A stretch of DNA of 64,000 nt, taken from positions 25,798,437-25,862,436 of the forward strand of contig NC_092672.1 of assembly GCF_964355755.1 (NCBI RefSeq), written 5' to 3'. Positions 52,383 to 64,000 of the stretch are shown one piece after another (positions within the stretch are counted from its first letter, which is position 1; every line of letters begins with the position of its first letter). The DNA is from Antedon mediterranea (lineage: Eukaryota > Animalia > Echinodermata). The notes below the pieces were generated by a model. It saw only the letters and a list, made by a program, of their open reading frames with translations. It searched no databases and had not been told where the DNA came from. The position numbers were made by a program, and so were the translations under genes.

Positions 52383-55360
52383 AGATACAGATACAGATAC
52401 AGATAACTTTTATTGTCCAAATAAACTGGAAATTGCATTTGCTCACTTATCACATAAAAATATCGTATAAAAATATCGTATAAAAATAAAGTATAAAATG
52501 TAGAATAACAATATAAAAATACACAATGATTAAAAAAGTACATCATAAAATTACAGCTCAAAAATATTAAAGTTAAAAATACAGATCATTACAAAACGGT
52601 TTAAAAAGTGTCTTATATTTCATTATTAATTATTATATTATATTATTTATTATTGTTATCAAAATTATTGTAGTTACCTCTTAAAGTCATCGTTAAATTT
52701 TTTAATCCCAGCTGGGAGAAACGAATTTGAGTATCGACCCGTCCGGGCCAACACCGGCCTCAGTCTACCACTTCTACCAATGTGGCAGCGAAGAAGATCC
52801 GAATGAAGGGGGTGGCTTTCCTCCTCCATGACCGCCTGTAAACCATTTTTCAATCGTTCTCCGTAGTGACAATCGTATAATGAGTCCGCTGTCAGCGCCG
52901 ACGAGCCAATCACTCTTAATGCCCTTTCTAACACTTTACATATGCGGCCCTTATCTCCTTTGTTTATGTTCCCACCCCAGCCTAATAGGCAATAATCCCA
53001 GATTGAAAAAATAACAGATGAATAAAACATAGTAAGTATCTCTTCCCTTACCCTAAAAACGTTCATTTTCCTCAAACAGTACAGTCTAGTATTTAATTTT
53101 TTAATTAGTTGATCTACATGCTCTCCCCATGATAAATTATTGTCATACGTTACCCCAAGATACTTATATGTTTTAACGATTTCTACCTCATGTCCTTTAA
53201 TCTGGACAGGCTCAATTTCCCTTCTTTTTTTACGGCGGAAATCTATTCGCATTTCTTTGGTTTTTGCTACATTAAGTTCCAGGAAATTTTCATCACAGTA
53301 TTTCGTAAACCTAACTATTTCAGATTTGAAATTTGTATCGTCATCCTCTTTTATTAAACCTATCATAGCAGAATCATCTGCAAATTTAATTACTGGACAG
53401 TCCGGGAACCTAGGTTGGAAATCCGACGTATACAATGTGAACAAAAACGGTGCAAGTACAGTACCTTGTGGTGCTCCCGTATTTGTCCGAATAATATCCG
53501 ATCTGACATTTTGATTTAGCCTAACAAACTGGAGACGTCCAACGAGGAAGTTAAAAACGAACGAAATTAGTAAATTGGGGATATTCATGCCGAACAACTT
53601 ATTAATTAAAATGTGTGGTTGGATGGTATTGAAAGCTGAACTAAAGTCGAAGTACATAATCCTAACAGACGGGGATGTTCTCCAATTGTCAAGATGGGCA
53701 TACATTTTTTCATTTTTGTATATTAATGCGTCTTCAGTGTTCCTGTTTCTCCGATAAGCGAACTGATGTGGGTCCAAAAAATCTGCAACTAATGGTTTCA
53801 GGCTTTTTAGAACAATCTTTTCACAGACTTTCATTGGGACGGATGTTAGCGCAACAGGTCTAAGATCGTTATAACACTGTATATTTTGTCGTTTAGGGAT
53901 CGGGATGATGCATGACGTTTTCCAGGATTCTGGCAAGGTTTGTGTTTCAAAAATCAAGTTAAAAATATATACAAAAATATCTGCCAATTGGGTTGCGCAT
54001 AATTTAAGAACTTTGGGTAGAATTTGGTCTGGTCCAGCTGATTTGGATGCTTTCAGACCTTTAAAGTGGCTGGTAACTTCATCCGCATTTGTCTTAAGGT
54101 CAAAACCACTTTCATCTGGTAAGGCCAACCTACTTTTGATTAAGATCTGTTCATCAGAAAAATTATAGCGATCGAACCTATTAAAAAAAGTATTTAATTC
54201 ATTGGCATATTGTTTAGTCAAATTTGACACAATTCCACTTCCTTGTGGCGATTTTGCATATCCGCTCATTTGCCTCATTCCCCTCCAAACCTTACTCATA
54301 TCATTACCTACAAAATTTTCTTCTATTTCACGTTTGTACTTTAGTTTACTTTTACGTATTACTCGTTTAAGTTCCTTTTGAATTTTATTTAGCTCATTTA
54401 CATCACCTCGATCGAAGGCCTGTCTCTTTTTCTTAATAACATCTGTCACCTCCCTATTTATCCATGGTTTACGGTTTCCGTAGATTTTAACTTTCCTTTT
54501 TGGTATTACATTTTCAGTACAAAAGTTAATATATGCACTGACCGCTTCCGTTACCTCGTCTGACCCGTTTGAATTTTCCGTAAAAACACTCCAGTCCGTA
54601 GTTTCAAATTCGCATTTCAGCTGTTCTATTGCATCTTGAGTCCACTTCTTTACAGTAATTACCCTGGGTTTCTGCCGTTGTACTAATGGACGATACTTGG
54701 GTTGTAGTATAATTAAATTATGGTCAGATTTACCAAGTTTCGGCAATTTTCTTGCTAAATATGCGTGTTTTACGTTTGAATAACATACGTCAAGGGTAAC
54801 AGATTCCCGCGTGCTGCACTTCACATGTTGGTAATAGTAAACGCTACTCTTTTTTAGGGTACAATGATTAAAGTCTCCATTTATTACAATATATGCGTCA
54901 GGGGAAGCCGTTTCAATTTCCGCTATAACTACGGTTAGTTCTCTTTGTGCTTCCTTGGCCAGATTTTTGTTTGGTATGTATACAACCACTAAAACAACAT
55001 GTGACAATTCCCTCGGTATGTAGAACGGACGTATTGAGAGTACCATTATTTCAACGTTAGGCGAGCAGCTGTTTTTCTTTAGATGCACATTATTTGGGTG
55101 ACAATACCTTTCGCTTATATATGCCATAACACCGCCTCCTCTATTTTTTCCGGATTTAACCGTTCTATCACCTCTGAATAACGTAAACCCATCAATCCTA
55201 AAATGTTCGTCACTTTTCTCTTCACTTAACCATGTTTCCGTAAAGGCCATCACACTAACGGATCTATATTCATGCAAATGCATATTTGCATTTAATTCAT
55301 CCATTTTATTTACAATTGAACGTGCGTTTCCCATAATGATTGTAGGCAAATATGGTCTAC
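52383..55360 (-). mobile_element. Rex1/Babar-clade LINE, 5'-truncated, (GTATCT)n tail
   Basis: Tail at 52383-52404; ATTC duplicated at both junctions. Confidence 0.88.
52674..55349 (-). CDS. LINE endonuclease-reverse transcriptase, uninterrupted 891 aa
   Basis: GNARSIVNKMDEL, FTETWL, GDFN, SDH; NDLRPVALTS, DFSSAFNTI, GAPQGTVLAP, KFADD, KYLG. Confidence 0.9.
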   Translation of the reverse strand: MPTIIMGNARSIVNKMDELNANMHLHEYRSVSVMAFTETWLSEEKSDEHFRIDGFTLFRGDRTVKSGKNRGGGVMAYISERYCHPNNVHLKKNSCSPNVEIMVLSIRPFYIPRELSHVVLVVVYIPNKNLAKEAQRELTVVIAEIETASPDAYIVINGDFNHCTLKKSSVYYYQHVKCSTRESVTLDVCYSNVKHAYLARKLPKLGKSDHNLIILQPKYRPLVQRQKPRVITVKKWTQDAIEQLKCEFETTDWSVFTENSNGSDEVTEAVSAYINFCTENVIPKRKVKIYGNRKPWINREVTDVIKKKRQAFDRGDVNELNKIQKELKRVIRKSKLKYKREIEENFVGNDMSKVWRGMRQMSGYAKSPQGSGIVSNLTKQYANELNTFFNRFDRYNFSDEQILIKSRLALPDESGFDLKTNADEVTSHFKGLKASKSAGPDQILPKVLKLCATQLADIFVYIFNLIFETQTLPESWKTSCIIPIPKRQNIQCYNDLRPVALTSVPMKVCEKIVLKSLKPLVADFLDPHQFAYRRNRNTEDALIYKNEKMYAHLDNWRTSPSVRIMYFDFSSAFNTIQPHILINKLFGMNIPNLLISFVFNFLVGRLQFVRLNQNVRSDIIRTNTGAPQGTVLAPFLFTLYTSDFQPRFPDCPVIKFADDSAMIGLIKEDDDTNFKSEIVRFTKYCDENFLELNVAKTKEMRIDFRRKKRREIEPVQIKGHEVEIVKTYKYLGVTYDNNLSWGEHVDQLIKKLNTRLYCLRKMNVFRVREEILTMFYSSVIFSIWDYCLLGWGGNINKGDKGRICKVLERALRVIGSSALTADSLYDCHYGERLKNGLQAVMEEESHPLHSDLLRCHIGRSGRLRPVLARTGRYSNSFLPAGIKKFNDDFKR

Positions 55361-56463
55361 ATTCGAACCTGCAACCTCTCGCTTACAGGGCGAGTATCAT
55401 ACCACTTGACCACAGAGCCATGTATGGTATTATCACAGATTTTCACCCACCAGATACATTCTCTCATACAACAAACGCCCTCACAATCAGTGGAGGCTTA
55501 ACAAGTCAGAATAAATTCCAACTTTAATTCGCAACGGTTTTTTAAATAATATTGTGTATATGTAAATCAATGATGTTGCGTAGCACTGTGTAAATTATAT
55601 ATAAATCATACTGTAAATTATAGAAACAGTGCTCATATTCGGAACATGATCTCATAATCGCGTCGAGCATAGCTCATTGGCGAAAGTTCCGTATTTTTTA
55701 GTTGTATGAAAAAATGTCTCTGGCGGGATTCGAACTTGCAACCTCTCGCTTACCTCTCGCCTCTCGATTCGAACCTGCAATGAATATAAATATATTCGCT
55801 CCAAGTATTTTGATACCAATATCTTGTTGATAGACCAAAGGGATACGGAGATAGGGCCAATTGGGCGCCATTTTGATCTTGGGGCTGTTACCATGGTTAC
55901 GGTGAAAATTGGTTACCTAGCATTTTTGGTATCCTACCACCATATTAAAGAAGTGAAAGCTCACTTTGGGCATTAAAATCCTACGGAAATACATGAGGAC
56001 CCTGACTATAAAATGCATACATTATATACGTTTTTAATGGCGGCCATCTTGGAATTCAATATGGCTGCCATATGCTATTATTATAAATTGTACCATTGGA
56101 CTGATTTATCATACTATTGTAAGATTTATCACACAAATTACGTTCGTACGTGGTTTAAAATAGGAGCTACTATCAGTTTTGAGTAAAAAGTGGGGGCCAT
56201 TTTGAAATTCAAGATGGCGGCCAAAATAGGGTCGGGAAAAATTGGCCCCCAGTTGCAATGAATTCTGCTGGTCCCAAGGATTCCAAAACTGCCAAGAACT
56301 CAACTTGAGCATTAAAATCTCACGGAATTACATTAGGTTCCCCACTATTCATTGACTATTAGCAAATTTCAAAAGTATAGTAGCAGTTTATCTGAATATG
56401 TGAAGCACGCGATTGTTAATGTTAGGCCTACTACTAAATTGATTCATTTAATTTGTTTTATAG

Positions 56464-56651
56464 AAAAGACCCGATCCTGCCTGACTAAACAAGCATGTAA
56501 CACTCTGGAGCCAAAATGTGACAATGATACACAGGATAACTACTTTGCATGTTGTGATACAGATAACTGCAACTCAGCTGGTATTTCAGGGATCAACTTT
56601 CTCACTCTAGTCAGTGTTGTGTTGACCAGTTTCTTCTTTACGCAACGGTAG
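56464..56651 (+). CDS. Ly6/uPAR terminal exon, copy C (alternative last exon or pseudo-exon)
   Basis: Intact acceptor TTTTATAG; same phase and length as 50602-50789; one Cys replaced by Tyr (DNYF). Confidence 0.6.
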
Positions 56652-56749
56652 GCAGGAACAGGCGACCGAATACATGGAATTTAGAAGAGGTGTTTTTGCA
56701 TTTGGATGCCTATAATCATAATCTCTTACCACGTCCGTAAGGTGTGATA

Positions 56750-58770
56750 TAACAACATGAAAACTACATAATTTTAATTTAAAGCTAGCTAATATTGTAA
56801 TTTAATATTATCATCTTAAACAATTTATTATTGTTTTTGGTTTTTATTATTAACTACGTAATCCTTTTTTAAAGTGTCTCTTCTTAAACGCTTTGCTTAT
56901 TTTGAGTTCCTCCATAACTTTTGATGATGTTCTGTAAATATCTTTAATAAATTTAATAATTTTTATGGAATAAAAAAAAAAGTTGATTTACTTTAATAAC
57001 GATCTGTTCATATTGGTGATTCACGGTTTCTATTCAAATTGATGGGGAAAATATATTTTTACTAATAATTAAATTTAATAAATAAAACTTTATTATCTAA
57101 AATCAATTTTCTTATTTATTTTTGAAAATCTATTTATTTTGGTATTATAGTGAAAAACATACAAAGTCAGATTAAGTCTGAAGTTATAGTATAAAGAAAA
57201 TATATAAAGAGAATACATTCTAAACCGCCCAGTGGAATTCTTAATATGTCTTTGAACCGATAAACATGAGGAAATCGGGAGAATGAGAAAAAGCTGAGAT
57301 TCGAATCCAGAACCTTTCTGCTTCATAGCTAAAGCTATATTTACACAGACAGACTAGTCCTAAATTGTCCGCACAAGCACTAATAAATCAAATTGATACG
57401 CCCTCATATTTTAGTATTAATTCACGAAGCGGGATAATTTGACATGTATCAACAATATAAATATATATAAATCTAAAGTCAAATTACTGAACAACTGGCT
57501 GCTATCATTGGCTGGATCTCAGTGGAGATAAAAATAAATTAGGTACACTCAGATTTTAATATAATAAGCTTTTGTGATGGCAACTATAATTATATTAATT
57601 TTTCTTAATATTCTGTAAGTATACCAAAGCATTCAGGACGACAACTTAACTATCGTGCGGACAAAAAAAACCCCAGATACTATACTAAGCTAAATCACAG
57701 CCAGTATAAGCCAGTCATGTATAAAATACAGAGATTTTGGGGAACACTAACACTTCCTCAGTGCGAGTGAGAGGAAATAGAGACAAGCGATTCATATGTG
57801 AATTGGATCGGAATAAAAAAAGTAAAACAAAGTAGGTATAGGCTTATGAGAGAGCTTGGTAGATATAAACAATTTTGGAATGGACAGTGATCAAAAACAA
57901 AAGAACAGCTTAATGGTGGTTAGGCCTAATATTGAAACTTAAATTTAAAACGTCAATGGAATAATAACCGATCTGGGAGTTTGTTCCTAATGTTAATTTC
58001 GAAATGTTTTGTTATGCATAGTAATTCTAAGTGATTTTCTTGGTCTTTGCGAGTTTTTTCGCTTCATTTGACATGGTATAAAATGATCGGCTACAGGTTG
58101 ATCAAGTTTTAATGTTTTGATCTCTGATCTATGTTGTGTCATTCTCATACGACGTAGGCCTACTGCTTGCCAAAAATATTACAGTATAATATGAGATAAA
58201 AGAAATTTGGTTAGACAATTAATTGATTTTCTTATCCAAAATATGCGGCCGGTTTGGTTACTCTAAAATTTGTAGAGCCGGCCAATAAACAAGTTTTGCC
58301 GCAAAGACGTGACCGCCCAAATTTAATTTCTGCTGTCATGATAGTCAATTTGACTCTGAAATTTAGATCTAACTAATAAATCACGAATGTTAGAAGCAGC
58401 TTTACGAAATACAATAATAATGGGTTGGTTCGAAAATTAGGAAAGCAGTCATGAGACGTTCAGTGGACTGTAGATTGGGCATACAGTATTCAATGGAGGC
58501 AACCTAGGATAGGTTGTGATAGCACTCTGGTTACCTTGATTTGTCAGTGTCTGACAGCGAAGAATATCTTTTCCCTTTTTTAAAATAGCAGTTTTTATGT
58601 ATTCCCGCTTGTAATTTACTTTCCAAAGATGTCCGGTTAGTTCTTCTGTACGATTCTGAAAATCTAAATCTGAAGAATAAATACGTCAATACGTAATGCC
58701 TGAATGTAGCCTACGGTATGTTTTTAGTACAGTGACGGAGATAGCAACAGCTATAGGGAGCAGGTAAATT
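56750..58770. repeat. Segmental duplication, paralogous to about 40330-42870
   Basis: Collinear shared blocks with the flank of Ly6 exon copy A. Confidence 0.85.
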
Positions 58771-61581
58771 TTTATCTCTGTTAGTTTACGGAATTGGTAG
58801 TTTTGAGTATAACAAATGGTCACATAAGTGGTTTATTTAGTTGGAAGGACGTGAAATTGACCTTAAATTATTATCCCATAAATAAATTTGCAAAATGTTT
58901 AATCTAAACCGACGACCCTTAGAGTGATTTTACCATTATTGTGCTTGATTATGTTAAACCAATTCAATGATGGTGTCTATATTGGAATTTCCAATTGATT
59001 ACAAATAAACTCCCAGAAATACTATGTGTTCTATTTTTATAACGCCTTTTATATATATGCATTCTTCCCCCGTTTCCGCATACTTTAGAAAATACCAAAT
59101 GCATATTTACCTAATGAAAGCCATTGTCAAAGTAAAGCATTCATCCTCTATCACTAAGGACACGTTCTATCCTTAATTGTACATGTTTAGGCCTACTTAT
59201 AATTTGGGTCACACATAGTTTATATCGATATCAGAGAAGTAGCTCATACTGACGGAGTTTGCCTATTTGATGAAGACGACTTGAGTTTGAAGCGTTGGCA
59301 GAAAGAAAGAAACTGCATTTGGCTGACTGGGAATTGTTAACATAGGACCTAATAGTTGGCGTGACCGAGTTGACTGGAACGATTTGTTTACGACCGAGTT
59401 GGGAAGTATTCGTTAATAATGCGTCTACAGAATGTTAGAATTATCTTGTTGTATTAATCTTGCTTATATTTAAATATGTTCTTAGGGTAATACTGCACTC
59501 CACTTTGCACGTTCGATCACCAGAGGGCAGCAAGTTTTGTCATAAGATAAAAATGGAATTATTTCATGCATGAATGAACACAGTGTTACGATTATATTTT
59601 GCCTTATCATGTCATGTTTTACAACAATAACAATATTTATATAGTCCTCAATAGGATGAAGAAATGAAAATATAAAGAAATGACTTAAATTAGGAGAATT
59701 TCTCCTAGTATCAACAGTACGCTGAGCTCGGTCAGATCAAAGGATTTACCTCTAGTTTCGAAACGATCAGTCTCCGCCCCTAAACGCTTGACTGATTTTC
59801 GATTGGCCAATTAGTTTCCTCAAATGTTTTGTAGCAGACACCAGTGGGTACCAAAATGGTACCATCCATAGTCCATACACTTATTGATAGCCCTACTTTA
59901 ATCCAAAACCATACCCACATTCAATATAGATTAATCAATGTGTATATTAAGGTATTGTATGTATATGAGAGGCACTTTTTTGAGGAAACATAACAATAAA
60001 GTGAGTATAAACATCTTTTGATTTTATGCATTTTAATGTCAACATAATGAAGGTTAACGGTAAACATAATTTTTTATTCACGGGAAAAAATGAAAAAATA
60101 AATTAAATGACTGTTAAATCTGAAATACTGTGTGTACTTCGATCAAAACATTTGCAGCATTTAAACTTCATATTCGTAAAAAATCAGACACAGACGTTTT
60201 AAAGTACCAACATACAATGAATTAGCAATAAAAAAACAATTCAACGTAGGCTTATGGCGTATGAATTCGTCAAAGTCTGTTATGACTGCCTTGAATATAC
60301 TATATTCTGAAGATACAAGATAAAGTATAACTTATTATAAAACCATTATTATTAGGCCTAGACGCAATGTCACGGTAGGTGGCGCTGTACACGACTAAAG
60401 CTTTAACGGGAAATCAGGTAATGACCTAAAATTCCCCAGATATGTATGTTGTAGCCAACATTTTGACATTGTATCGCATGGAACGCATTATAATGATTTC
60501 ATGAGGGTTAGAAATGCTGAAAAACATACGAAACAGTATATATCTGAGCCAAAAAGTGAATTTTATTAATTTTTTTAAAGTACATGTGACGTCACAAAGA
60601 ACGTCATCTTCGGCATGTCTTCGGAAGCAACATCTTCGGAAGCATTGGGATGTTTGGAAATATCGCCCAAACAAAGTTCAAAATTATCATGCTGATTGGT
60701 CGGTTAAAATGCTTACGTATGTTTTATATGCAAAGTATAAAACCCGATTGAATCGACGAGCTGGATGGATTAGTAGGCTTGTATTGACGGTATTTCCCAG
60801 GGGGTTGCAATAATTCTCTACTTGACAATCTTTTAATTTTTTTTTTAGTTTGAGAGAGATTATTTAGAGGGTTAAGTTTTTAGGACGAGTTTTATTACTT
60901 TTTATCAAGACAAGTTCATAGTTGATAAACCTAAGCCGTCAGACAGATAGATGCATTATTAGACAAACAACAACGATGCCACATACATGACCAATGTGAG
61001 TACAGACACTATCCCAATATTCACTTTCAACATCAAAATCAGTAGGTGACCACCAGAATCCTTCAGCAACAACTGTCATACTCCAAGCACAGGAGAAACA
61101 TAAAACAAAATGATGTGCAACTCAAGACATGTACACCAGTACATTGGAATCCCTTCACCGGGCCATGCCTTCAACAAGCACTGCATGTTAGCCAAAGTAA
61201 TTGAACCTGGTCATTTTGCTAACACCTTTATCTTTTAATTATTGTGAAGCGGCACAACAAATATACATGTACGGGTAGCCCCTTTCATCTGACCAGAAGC
61301 AACACATGGCATTTATCTCTAGTTCCGAAAAACTCTGGGTATATCGCAAGCCAATCCTTTGATAAGAGAGTCAATTGAGAGCGTCCTGTCGTGTGTCTCT
61401 TTTGATAGATCCGAACATGGGCGGCCGTTTTCATGATGGAACCGCTCGCGAGGCGATTAACGGATCGAGAGCAAACCAAGATATGTAAAGGCGGTATTAA
61501 CTACTTTAACTAATAAACAGATTGCGTTGTCACAATCTGCAGACATCAAACTGCCTCTGTGGTCTATCATACTGGCGTTCT

Positions 61582-62793
61582 TTATCTTTCCAGTAAAAAC
61601 ATTATATCTGTCCATAACAACATTTCACACTTAATTCCTGATCCTGGTTTTAATGCATATGTGTAAGACCTATGAAAAACTTTCCGCTTTTCGTCTGAAA
61701 TTATACAATTGTAAAACGTTTTATTCAATTTCTTTTCAAACAAATTTAAATCCTTTTCAAAATCTGGACCGTACTCTGAAACTTTTTTCCAAAATGTTTT
61801 ATTAAAAAAATCGTATAATATCGTGTCTGCCGAGTTCCAGTCACGTGCTTTTTTTTTCAGACGATTTGATTGACCAAAGCGCAATTTGTTTATTCGTACT
61901 CCTTTACTAATGTATACAATATCATCCATGTCCCAACACAAAAGCTTTTTAAGTAAGATAAGCGACTCGTTAAAATATTCTTGCAAGAGTACCAGATCAA
62001 ATTCATGGGATAGATTTTCTATAAAGTACTGAATTTGAGTACGATTTAAATACTTAGAAGTCTCAAAGCCTAAATCATATAATGTTGGATTTTGTAAATG
62101 TTCCCGCATTTTGAAACTCTTGTATTCATTCATATAGTGCTGAGGTCTGTGTAAAAACCTCGCAAAGGGATTTGAATTTTTTGACATATTAAGATATTTA
62201 TATATTTTAAAATAACCAAACATTGATTCTGCTTGCGTTGCCGGATCGCGTAAAATGGTGATGTACTTTGTATCTGGTTTCATCACGGTATCCATTTCTT
62301 TCCGATTGTATCGAACGTGGTTCACCAGCATATCGTACTTCTGATTAGGTTCAGCAAAACTCCTGTTAAATAATTCAATAATGCTGAACATATGACCATG
62401 TCTTGGAATAACAAAACTTAAATTGTGCGAAAATCCAAACCTTTGAAAAATAGATGCCACTGTAGAACTTCCGGTTTTGTGAGTCTTCAAGAAAACAATT
62501 TGCGTGGATGTCTTACATTTTTTGATAGTGTCTCCACCTTCAATAGGATCCCTCAATAAATGTTTCATAACCTGTTTGGAATTATTATTGCTATCCAGAC
62601 GTTTTCGGACATTCTTCTGCTGAATATTACTGGAAATGACGTAATTAGTTTTTATTCCGTGACTTCTGCTGAAAATACAAATTGATCTTATACAGATTAA
62701 TAGAATCATTAAATATTTACAACCGTATTTATTCGTCGGGCGTTTATTGTGTGAGAGGTTTTTAGAAGGGGAGAGGGGTGAGGTTACACACAA
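61582..62793 (-). CDS. Second galactose-3-O-sulfotransferase (GAL3ST family), possibly frameshifted at both ends
   Basis: Hydrophobic anchor YLMILLICIRSICIF; VFLKTHKTGSST, YITILRDP, ESLILLKKLLCW, WNSADTILYDFFNKTFW; clear paralog of 19454-21200. Confidence 0.85.
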   Translation of the reverse strand: MCVTSPLSPSKNLSHNKRPTNKYGCKYLMILLICIRSICIFSRSHGIKTNYVISSNIQQKNVRKRLDSNNNSKQVMKHLLRDPIEGGDTIKKCKTSTQIVFLKTHKTGSSTVASIFQRFGFSHNLSFVIPRHGHMFSIIELFNRSFAEPNQKYDMLVNHVRYNRKEMDTVMKPDTKYITILRDPATQAESMFGYFKIYKYLNMSKNSNPFARFLHRPQHYMNEYKSFKMREHLQNPTLYDLGFETSKYLNRTQIQYFIENLSHEFDLVLLQEYFNESLILLKKLLCWDMDDIVYISKGVRINKLRFGQSNRLKKKARDWNSADTILYDFFNKTFWKKVSEYGPDFEKDLNLFEKKLNKTFYNCIISDEKRKVFHRSYTYALKPGSGIKCEMLLWTDIMFLLER

Positions 62794-64000
62794 TTGTGTG
62801 GAGCGGCATTTATTAAGGACAAAAGAATAAATACGGACATTGACTAGTTAAATTTACTTGCACAATCCAACCTGCATGAGCGTTGGTGCAAATTGGTATT
62901 TTAGGTTGTTTTCGTGGAAGATGCTATTATTAATTTCCTGGTAAAATATTTGTTTGTTTTGTATGTTTTGTATAATTATGGATGTATTATCCGATTTAAA
63001 GGAAGTTATTGAATTAATGAATAATTAGTTCACACAAATAGTCTACGCTACAGTTTTACAATTATAGGTAAGCCTTTTCAATCGAACATTCTTGACCACT
63101 GACGGATTGCTTTTATTTAAATAGAAATTTGAAAACGCATGCGCACAACTAACACTTTGATTCGCGCGAATACAACATTCGCCTTGTAAATGAAAGACTT
63201 GAAATGAAATAGTATTGGATTTAGTCATAAACATTCATTAATTAAAATCTTGCAAAATATAGAAGTATATAACCTAAAGATTGATTGAAACACCCATTCT
63301 ATACAGGTCACTCACATTCAAAATTCAAACACTAAACTAATGATATTCATAATACTTTTGTCACTGATAGACCCATTGCAGCTCCAACTGATAACAACAT
63401 AGCAATAATTATAATGTCAATGTCGGGTTATGATGGATACGTCATTGTTGATACTGACAGGAAATACTATTAATACGCTTTAAATTAGAGGATGAAGTAA
63501 ATGTCGCCGTGATTAGGAAGCCTGGTCGGGCATAGTTTGCGTTAGTCATAGTAGGTCTACATCGCGCAATCTTAATTTAAAGAGAGATTATTATAATATG
63601 CGCCAAGTTTATGTATTTATTTACACACACAATTTATTTTTTTTTAGTTTTTCATTGAATTGCAATTGTGTTGTTGTCATCGTGGTATATTTAATTTAGA
63701 TTATAGTATGATAACATAATTGCCTATCTTAAAATGTGCCCCACACACAGTATTTTTAACTTTTTATCTTGTATTTTTAATCTTTTATAATACTGCACGT
63801 TTTAAATTGTTGCAATATTGTTGTTTTAATATACCAAGCCAAGTGAATTTCCATTTTTATGGACAAATAAAATTTCTTGAATCTTGAATCTTGAATCACA
63901 TGAAACATCAACTAAAACTAGGTTAATCAATAGCCGTTAGCCTCCCAGTGTATTAATCGCATGCTTTTTTAACATATTCAATTCTATAGGTCTTTCTGAA

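Larger units (their letters stand above)
52343..55420 (-). mobile_element. tRNA-derived element split by the Rex1 LINE; second partial copy at 55692-55780
   Basis: Joining 52343-52382 to 55361-55420 gives minus-strand GGCTCTGTGGTCAAGTGGTATGATACTCGCCCTGTAAGCGAGAGGTTGCAGGTTCGAATCCCGCCAGAGAC. Confidence 0.75.

Noticed and set aside
53140-54168. Plus-strand ORFs overlapping the LINE
   Set aside because: Antisense shadows of the RT reading frame.
55790-56350. Repeat-like stretch with AAGATGGCGGCC motifs
   Set aside because: Probably a non-autonomous DNA element, but termini could not be defined.

Overview
AT-rich, intron-containing, transposon-dense animal genomic DNA, not prokaryotic. A Deu/Nin-type SINE, Gmr1-like and BEL LTR elements and Rex1/CR1-group LINEs suggest an invertebrate deuterostome, possibly an echinoderm (inference). 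Host genes are two galactose-3-O-sulfotransferase paralogs (minus strand, 19454-23261 and about 61.5-62.8 kb) and a GPI-anchored Ly6/uPAR three-finger gene (46550-50789) with two extra copies of its last exon. The rest is nested mobile DNA: (1) the cleanly spliceable 3' half of a Chapaev/Transib/RAG1-related transposase with a CACAGCT terminus, inserted in a Gmr1-like Gypsy; (2) a BEL/Pao element with a perfect 5-bp TSD but non-canonical TA...AA LTR ends and no RT; (3) repeated non-autonomous Helitrons; (4) a composite Helentron-type unit carrying tRNA-Val copies; (5) CACTA, Harbinger and Kolobok-type elements, several LINEs (one with an uninterrupted 891-aa ORF) and tRNA-derived SINEs. All family calls come from motif recognition by eye, with no database searches.
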